A DNA stretch of 32,000 nt. Source: Oscillospiraceae bacterium (GTDB taxonomy: Bacteria; Bacillota; Clostridia; Oscillospirales; Acutalibacteraceae). Shown here in pieces: positions 24,951 to 30,872 of this stretch (positions are counted from its first letter, which is position 1; every line of letters starts with the position of its first letter). Both the position numbers and the translations under genes were made by a program. The notes beneath the pieces are model-generated. The model ran no database searches. It was not told where the DNA came from and saw only the letters and a program-made list of their open reading frames with translations. The DNA is taken from the NCBI GenBank assembly GCA_022650485.1, contig JALCPP010000002.1:248007-280006 (forward strand). The letters are read 5' to 3'.

Positions 24951-24968
24951 TTGTTAATTTATTAACAA
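24951..24968. promoter_or_regulatory. Rex-type operator TTGTTAATTTATTAACAA
   Basis: 8-bp perfect arms. All 14 specified positions match the clostridial Rex consensus TTGTTAAnnnnTTAACAA (established motif, recalled). The site lies 105 nt upstream of the yeeE2 ATG, with a TACAAT -10-like hexamer at 24978-24983. Confidence 0.55.
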
Positions 24969-25072
24969 TATTTTGAATACAATGATGGAATTAAGTTTTG
25001 CTGAAAGGTTGTGGTTGCGGACGAAATACGGTAAAAATCATCAGCCATTATGAAAAAGTTAGGAGTGGAGTT

Positions 25073-26359
25073 ATGAACAAGAAAGAACAGATTTTAGGGT
25101 TTGTGGTTGTGGTTTTATCGCTTTTGCTCGGCAAGGCGTTTTTACAGACGGATATTTTTCTTCGGCTTGCCATCGGGCTGGCACTGGGTTATTCCTTAAT
25201 GAGGGCTTACACGGGGTTTGCCGGCAGCATTAACCGCGCATATCGGACCGGGTCGACAAAGCTGATGCGGGCCTTAATGCTTATGTTTTTTGTTTCCAGT
25301 GTACTGACGGGCGCATTTTTGCTTAAAACAGATGCAACATCATATGGACTGTGGGTCAATCCGATTAACTTCGGTTTGCTGCTCGGGGGTGTGCTGTTTG
25401 GGTTCGGCATGGCACTGTCGTCCTGCTGTGCCACCGGTGTGATGACCGACCTTGTGGTTGGGCTGCCGCGTGCGTTTATCACATTGCTGTTTTTCGGAAT
25501 GGGCGTTTTTCTCGGCTTCCCGGTGCAGCATACCGCAGGTTGGGTGCAGAATTCCTGGTTTGCCACACCGACGGGGGAAAAGCTTTACGGCGGCGTATTC
25601 CTGCCGGACCTGTTCCGGGGTGACGGACTGAACGGTTACCTGGGAGCGCTGCTTTTGACGGGCCTGTTCTGCGGGATTGTGGTATATTTTTCTTACCGGT
25701 ATGAAAAATCGCGCAAACAAAACAATACATTTGTGGGTAACGAGACGGAAATCATGCAGGAAAAGTCCGATGCCTTCGACAGCAAGAATTATAAGCTTTT
25801 CAGCATGGAAACGGTTTACCGTGTATTCGCAAAGCCGTGGACTCTGGCGCAGGGAGCGATCGTGCTCAGCGTTCTGTTTGCGGTGCTGATGGGTACCACC
25901 AAGGAAGGCTGGGGAGCTTCTACCCCCTATGGCCTCTGGTTTGGAAAGCTGCTGATTGCTTTTGGCGTTTCGCCGGATGCCGTGGCGTCCTTTGCCCAGA
26001 TGAAACCGGATGCGTATGTGCTGCCGTTCTTCCAGCATGGGGTGTCTGTACAGAACTTCGGCATTATCTTGGGTACGATTTGCTACCTGCTGATTGCCGG
26101 TGTGTTTGGAAAGACATTCCGTGAAGGTCTGCACATCACGTTGCGTGAAGGATTGATTTTTGCACTGGGCGGCCTTTGCATGGGTGTGGGAACAAGATTT
26201 TCGAACGGATGCAATGTGGGCGCGCTGTACACGCCGATTGCGAATTTCTCACTTTCCGGCTGGGTGTTCCTGATCTTTTTGGTGCTGGGCGGAATTGTGG
26301 GCAACATATTTGGAAAGATGGTTGCTGCCAAAAAAGGAGCCGGCGGACTTTTGGGTTAA
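25073..26359 (+). CDS. YeeE/YedE-family sulfur-compound transporter, full-length divergent paralogue (428 aa)
   Basis: Polytopic, with motifs FGMALSSCCATGVMTD and GTRFSNGCNVGALY. The position of the first YeeE Cys motif reads MRAYTGFAGSINRAY, with no Cys. I chose ATG 25073 with SD AGGAGTGGAG; the track start at 24998 is an extension. Confidence 0.85.
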   Translation: MNKKEQILGFVVVVLSLLLGKAFLQTDIFLRLAIGLALGYSLMRAYTGFAGSINRAYRTGSTKLMRALMLMFFVSSVLTGAFLLKTDATSYGLWVNPINFGLLLGGVLFGFGMALSSCCATGVMTDLVVGLPRAFITLLFFGMGVFLGFPVQHTAGWVQNSWFATPTGEKLYGGVFLPDLFRGDGLNGYLGALLLTGLFCGIVVYFSYRYEKSRKQNNTFVGNETEIMQEKSDAFDSKNYKLFSMETVYRVFAKPWTLAQGAIVLSVLFAVLMGTTKEGWGASTPYGLWFGKLLIAFGVSPDAVASFAQMKPDAYVLPFFQHGVSVQNFGIILGTICYLLIAGVFGKTFREGLHITLREGLIFALGGLCMGVGTRFSNGCNVGALYTPIANFSLSGWVFLIFLVLGGIVGNIFGKMVAAKKGAGGLLG

Positions 26360-26400
26360 ACGGCTGAACATTTAATCAATGGAAGAGAGGAATCATTACT

Positions 26401-28098
26401 ATGGGTAAAAAGATCTTGATCGTCGGCGGAGTTGCCGGCGGAGCTTCTGTGGCCGCAAGGGCGCGCAGACTGGATGAATCGGCTGAAATCGTGATGTTTG
26501 AAAAGGGACCGCACGTTTCTTTTTCCAACTGTGCGCTTCCGTTTTTCCTGAGCAGAGTGGTGCCGGAAAGCGATAATCTGGTGCTGATGAGCCCGGAACA
26601 GTTTAAAAATCAGTATCATATTGAAGCCAGAGTGAACTGTGAAGTAATGAAAGTCAACCGTAAAGAGAAAAAAATTACGGTTCGGAATCTGGCAGGCGGC
26701 GAAGAATACGAAGAGTCTTATGACAAACTGGTACTGTCCCCCGGCGCGGTGCCGCTTCTTCCCAGAAGTATTGAAGGAATTGACCGCCCGAATGTTTTTA
26801 CGGTTCGCAATGTTGTTGATATCCGCAAACTCGACCAGTATGTCACAGAAAACGGAATTCAGGATGTCGCGGTGGTCGGCGGTGGATTCATCGGTGTTGA
26901 AGTAGCCGAAAATCTGCGCATGGCGGGCAAAAATGTCAGCCTGATTGAGGCGCTTGACCAGATTATGGCTCCGTTTGATTACGATATGGCCCAGATGCTC
27001 CACAAAGAAATGCTGGACCATGGCGTCAATCTGATTTTGAGCGACGGTGTGAAAAAGATCAATGAAGATTCCGTCGAACTGCAGTCCGGAAAAGTTGTTT
27101 CCGCCAAAGCGGTTGTCATGGCAATCGGCGTTCGCCCGGAAACAAGTCTTGCAAAAGACGCGGGGCTTGAAATCGGGGAAACCGGCGGCATCAAGGTGGA
27201 CCATAACTATGTGACCAGCGACCCGGATATCTATGCGGTCGGCGACGCAATTGAGGTTTATCATCAGCTGACCCATAAACCGACCCGGCTGGCTCTTGCC
27301 GGACCGGCCCAGAGGCAGGCCCGCGCGGCGGCCGATCATATGTATCGGATTCCGCATAATAATAACGGGGTGATCGGTTCTTCCGTCGTTCGAATTTTTG
27401 ATTTAAACGCCGCGTCTACCGGCCTGAATGAAAAAGCAGCAAAAGCGGCGGGAATTTCTTACGACTTTGTGTATATTATTCCTGTGGATAAAGTTGGTCT
27501 GATGCCCGAAAGCCATCCGCTGCACTTCAAACTGCTGTACGAATATCCGACCGGCAGGATTTTAGGCGCGCAGGCCATCGGAAAGGGAGATGCGGACAAG
27601 AGAGTCGACGTGATTGCCGCCATGATTTCTATGGGCGCGACGCTGGAAGATTTGAAAGAGCTGGAGCTGTGCTATGCTCCTCTGTTCGGCACCGCGAAGG
27701 ATGCCGTTAATCATGCGGCTTTGGTTGGCCTGAATCTTCTGTACGGCCGCTTTCAACAAGTGCCGGTTACCAAAGTACGCGAACTGGTTGAAAACAACGC
27801 GTTTATTATCGATGTCCGCGAGAAAAACGAATACGCAAACGGCCATCTGATTAACGCGGTCAATATTCCGCTCAGCGAAATCAGAGATCGTTTGGATGAA
27901 ATCCCGAAAGACCGGCCGGTCTATCTGCACTGCCGCAGCAGCCAGAGAAGCTACAATGCGGTGATGGCATTGGAAAACCTGGGGTATGACAATGTTTTCA
28001 ATATCTCCGGTTCCTACCTGGGAATCTGCTGCTATGAATATTATCAGGATCAGGTAACAGGAAGAAAAAAGATTGTTACAAAATATAATTTTGCCTAA
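26401..28098 (+). CDS. CoA-disulfide reductase-family flavoprotein fused to a C-terminal rhodanese domain (CoADR-RHD / NAD(P)H persulfide-polysulfide reductase type, 565 aa)
   Basis: FAD motif ILIVGGVAGGAS, redox Cys in SFSNCALPF, NAD motif VAVVGGGFIGVE, GDA motif YAVGDAI. The rhodanese domain has the active-site loop LHCRSSQRS. SD is GAAGAGAGGAA. Confidence 0.9.
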   Translation: MGKKILIVGGVAGGASVAARARRLDESAEIVMFEKGPHVSFSNCALPFFLSRVVPESDNLVLMSPEQFKNQYHIEARVNCEVMKVNRKEKKITVRNLAGGEEYEESYDKLVLSPGAVPLLPRSIEGIDRPNVFTVRNVVDIRKLDQYVTENGIQDVAVVGGGFIGVEVAENLRMAGKNVSLIEALDQIMAPFDYDMAQMLHKEMLDHGVNLILSDGVKKINEDSVELQSGKVVSAKAVVMAIGVRPETSLAKDAGLEIGETGGIKVDHNYVTSDPDIYAVGDAIEVYHQLTHKPTRLALAGPAQRQARAAADHMYRIPHNNNGVIGSSVVRIFDLNAASTGLNEKAAKAAGISYDFVYIIPVDKVGLMPESHPLHFKLLYEYPTGRILGAQAIGKGDADKRVDVIAAMISMGATLEDLKELELCYAPLFGTAKDAVNHAALVGLNLLYGRFQQVPVTKVRELVENNAFIIDVREKNEYANGHLINAVNIPLSEIRDRLDEIPKDRPVYLHCRSSQRSYNAVMALENLGYDNVFNISGSYLGICCYEYYQDQVTGRKKIVTKYNFA

Positions 28099-28114
28099 AA
28101 GGGCAGATGAAGAA

Positions 28115-28151
28115 AACGGACCGCCGGATTGCTTCCCGGCGGTTCGTTTTT
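28115..28151 (+). terminator. Rho-independent terminator after the CoADR-RHD gene
   Basis: ACGGACCGCCGG / CCGGCGGTTCGT is a 12-bp stem with one G-U pair and loop ATTGCTTC, followed by TTTTTT. Confidence 0.85.
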
Positions 28152-28195
28152 TATGCACCGGCACAGTATCGCTTGCAGCATACTGTTCCGGTGCA
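28152..28195 (+). other. Second, very stable hairpin immediately after the terminator
   Basis: ATGCACCGG-C-ACAGTAT ... ATACTGT-T-CCGGTGCAT gives 9+7 bp of perfect pairing. No U-tract follows, and the function is unknown. Confidence 0.35.
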
Positions 28196-28484
28196 TTTCT
28201 GCGTAAAACTTTGCCTTGTCCTTTTTCTGCTCTATCGTGTTTGGCATGCGGGTCTTTTACAATTATATTATCACGGCCGGGTACGTTTATAAAAAATTAG
28301 CATATTAGAATTTTTTAGTAGAAATATCCGACAAATTCTATATAGTAATTATTTATTAGAATTCCTATTATATAATAAATTGAACTTAATTTACTTTAAA
28401 AGATTATCAGCAAGAAAATTGCTGCATTTAACGCAGAAAACATACGTGAGTTGATGATGGCTGTTCTGAAGGGAGGTGTGAAGC

Positions 28485-28880
28485 TTGCAAAATGATCAAG
28501 AAGAAAAATCGGCTCAATCGGGGCTTGGCCAGTTCTTTTTGGGATTGATACTGCTTGGTGTGGGGCTTTTTCTCTTCAGCAGGCGTGTGATTGTCAGAAC
28601 GGATTATTTCTTCGGTGGTGGCCCGCTGCGGTATGCTGCTTCTCCGGGCCTTATGGTGCTTCCTTTCTTAGTTGGCGTTTTTTGGATGTTTTTTAATAAA
28701 AAATCCTTTTTAGCTAAAGTCGTTACGGTCTTGGGTATTGCACTGGTTGTTTTTTCGCTTATCATGAGCATTCGTATGACCTTTGTTTCTACTCCTCTTT
28801 ACGAGTACATTGTAATTATAGGGATGATTGCCGCTGGGAGCGGCCTGCTGTTTAAGGTGTTATTCAAATCAGATAAATAG
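28485..28880 (+). CDS. Small 4-TM membrane protein upstream of pspA (131 aa, TTG start), LiaI/LiaF-TM-like by architecture
   Basis: There are four hydrophobic segments (FFLGLILLGVGLFLF, GLMVLPFLVGVFWMFF, VVTVLGIALVVFSLIM, YIVIIGMIAAGSGLLF). SD GGGAGGTG lies 5 nt before the TTG, and a 17-nt gap separates it from pspA. The family assignment rests on size, topology and context only. Confidence 0.55.
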   Translation: MQNDQEEKSAQSGLGQFFLGLILLGVGLFLFSRRVIVRTDYFFGGGPLRYAASPGLMVLPFLVGVFWMFFNKKSFLAKVVTVLGIALVVFSLIMSIRMTFVSTPLYEYIVIIGMIAAGSGLLFKVLFKSDK

Positions 28881-28897
28881 TTTAGGAGGAAGAAAGA

Positions 28898-29569
28898 ATG
28901 GCAATTTTTGAAAGAATCGGTGACCTTGTAAAAGCAAATATCAATGATTTGATTGACAGAGCTGAAAATCCGGAAAAAATGGTCAAGCAGATTATTATCG
29001 ATATGGAGGAGCAGCTCAGAAAAGCGACACAGGGCCTCGGCTCCGCCATGGCAAGTCAAAATCAGGTGAACAAGCAGTTGAATAATGCCAAATCCCAGTC
29101 GGCGAAATGGCAGGAAAAAGCCAAGATGTGCCTGAAGGCAGGGAATGAAGAGCTTGCAAAACAGGCTTTGGCCAATAAGGTTCAGCAGGATAATCAGGTT
29201 GAGCAGTACGGAGCAATGGCGGCGTCTATGAACGCGCAGGTCAGTGAGCTGCGTTCTCAGGTTTCCATGCTGAAGGGAAAGCTTGATGAAGCCAGGTCAA
29301 AGCAGGCTATGCTGATTGCAAGGTCGAAGATGGCGGATGCGAGGTCGGACATGTCCAAAACCCTGGGGAGTATGGACAGTGGCAGCGCATTTGCAAAACT
29401 GGACAAAATGGAGCAGAAAATTTCTAATAAAGAGGCAAAAGCAGACGCTTTTGCACAGATTTCCGGTATGGAAACTGCGAGTGAAGATCCATTTGCCAAA
29501 ATGGAAGCGGATGTCGATGTCAATACCGAATTGGAGAAGCTCAAACAGGAATTGGGTTCAGCAGAGTAA
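28898..29569 (+). CDS. pspA: PspA/IM30-family protein (phage-shock protein A / LiaH-like, 223 aa)
   Basis: MAIFERIGDLVKANINDLIDRAENPEKM is the canonical PspA N-terminus, followed by long coiled-coil heptads. SD is TAGGAGGAAG. Confidence 0.9.
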   Translation: MAIFERIGDLVKANINDLIDRAENPEKMVKQIIIDMEEQLRKATQGLGSAMASQNQVNKQLNNAKSQSAKWQEKAKMCLKAGNEELAKQALANKVQQDNQVEQYGAMAASMNAQVSELRSQVSMLKGKLDEARSKQAMLIARSKMADARSDMSKTLGSMDSGSAFAKLDKMEQKISNKEAKADAFAQISGMETASEDPFAKMEADVDVNTELEKLKQELGSAE

Positions 29570-29584
29570 GGGAGGAAATTCTGA

Positions 29585-30376
29585 ATGCATCCAATACAGA
29601 TTGTGGCGATTCTTCTTATCATTGCGGGGCCGTTCTGCATCTTTTATATTCGGCCTAAGATGAATAACAGGGTCACAGAAATGAAATTTATGCAGACAAA
29701 GACAATTGCAGAACTGCGAAAGATGTTTGCGCAGATGGGCGAAAACGGTCTGCAGGACAGTTACAGGGAATACGTCGAACTGAAAGGTTCCGCCGTCTGT
29801 GACCAGCCGGTGGAAACCCCGTTTTCAAACCAACAGGCCGTTTACTGTGAATCGCAGCTGAGTCAGGTGACGGAGCAGCGCGAAAGATATCGGGATTCCG
29901 ACGGGCATTGGCAGGAAAGAATGGTGCGGCGCGAAAACATCATTTCCAATGAAAAATCAAGCCAGTATATATCCATGAAGGATTCGTCGGGCGATGAGAA
30001 GGTGGTTCTTGAAATCAATGCTCCCGGCTGTTCTCTCGACGTTCCGCAAACGTTTGATCGTTTCGAGCCGAGGGGAAATCTTTCAAGATACCGGTTTTTT
30101 AATTCTTTTTCCTTTGGGGGTTATGGCGCAGATACTTTGGGCTTTCGCATGAAAGAAAAGATCATTCGGCAAAATCAGCAGCTTTATGTTCTGGGTGAAG
30201 CATATCTATCTGGTGACGAAATCCATGTCAGTGCGCCGAACGACAAGAAACAACCGTTTCTGGTTACAACCAAGTCTGAAGATGATATGGTTAAGTCCAA
30301 CGAACGGAATTCTCAGGTAGCATTGATTGGCGGAATCGTATCGGTTGTTTTGGGCGTTTTGATCTTTTTTCTCTGA
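29585..30376 (+). CDS. Bitopic membrane protein with a GIDE-like central domain (263 aa)
   Basis: N-terminal TM (IVAILLIIAGPFCIFYI) and C-terminal TM (VALIGGIVSVVLGVLIFFL) flank about 200 aa. The pattern VELKGSAVCDQPVETPFSNQQAVYCE...SMKDSSGDEKVVLEINAPG...YVLGEAY resembles the bacterial GIDE / E3-ligase-like family (PF12483) as I recall it. SD is GGGAGG, with a 15-nt gap after pspA. The CDS call is solid; the family call needs an HMM search. Confidence 0.6.
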   Translation: MHPIQIVAILLIIAGPFCIFYIRPKMNNRVTEMKFMQTKTIAELRKMFAQMGENGLQDSYREYVELKGSAVCDQPVETPFSNQQAVYCESQLSQVTEQRERYRDSDGHWQERMVRRENIISNEKSSQYISMKDSSGDEKVVLEINAPGCSLDVPQTFDRFEPRGNLSRYRFFNSFSFGGYGADTLGFRMKEKIIRQNQQLYVLGEAYLSGDEIHVSAPNDKKQPFLVTTKSEDDMVKSNERNSQVALIGGIVSVVLGVLIFFL

Positions 30377-30402
30377 ATAATGTCCATACAAAAAACAGGC
30401 AG

Positions 30403-30431
30403 GCGTCCGATTGAGGTCGGGCGCTTTCTTT
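30403..30431 (+). terminator. Rho-independent terminator of the psp module
   Basis: GCGTCCGA / TCGGGCGC is an 8-bp stem with one G-U pair and loop TTGAGG, followed by TTTCTTTG. Confidence 0.75.
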
Positions 30432-30508
30432 GTATATATCCCAGTAATTCAAAATGTTTTTTCTCAGTCATATTTTATCATTTCCATTATTTTCAGACCG
30501 TTTTTTGT

Positions 30509-30538
30509 TTGAAAATTATAGACGATTTGCAATATAAT
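30509..30538 (+). promoter_or_regulatory. Orphan sigma-A-type promoter in the psp-opuC spacer
   Basis: TTGAAA (30509-30514), 18-nt spacer, TATAAT (30533-30538). The nearest downstream CDS start is 335 nt away. Confidence 0.45.
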
Positions 30539-30580
30539 CCCAATTATGTTATTATTTAATAAAATATATATTACTAGGAA

Positions 30581-30610
30581 AAAGCATCTTACTCTGAAGC
30601 AAGATGCTTT
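30581..30610 (+). terminator. 10-bp perfect hairpin, terminator/attenuator candidate
   Basis: AAAGCATCTT / AAGATGCTTT with a 10-nt loop. It is preceded by an A-run and followed by only a short T-stretch (TTTCG). Confidence 0.4.
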
Positions 30611-30657
30611 CGTTGTACCTTATTGACAGAGCGGTTATTAAATGGTAAGAGGTGATT

Positions 30658-30693
30658 GAAAAAGCGGAAGAAAAAGCGGAAGAAAAAGCGAGC
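30658..30693. repeat. 12-bp tandem repeat GAAAAAGCGGAA x3 (third copy degenerate)
   Basis: The copies are GAAAAAGCGGAA, GAAAAAGCGGAA and GAAAAAGCGAGC, read directly from the sequence. Confidence 0.85.
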
Positions 30694-30872
30694 TATACCC
30701 ATGCAGGTGGCTCATGGAGTTTATTTTTTCATGAAAACTGAACTGTAAAAAAGGATCTGCGTATTTGGATTGTACAGCTCTATTTTCCTATATAGCCTGC
30801 TGAACAACAAGGTGTTATACGGTGTCCTTTTCAGAATCATCGTAAATGCATGACACAAGGAGGTATAATCTG

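Noticed and set aside
28107-28292. 61-aa and 75-aa plus-strand ORFs after the CoADR-RHD gene
   Set aside because: They run straight through the terminator and the second hairpin, have no SD, and show no protein-like composition.
30432-30872. c-di-AMP (ydaO/kimA-type) riboswitch upstream of opuCA
   Set aside because: Osmolyte transporters are often linked to c-di-AMP. However, the hallmark GGGGACCCA / GGGGTGAATC-like repeats and the pseudo-twofold architecture are absent from this AT-rich leader.
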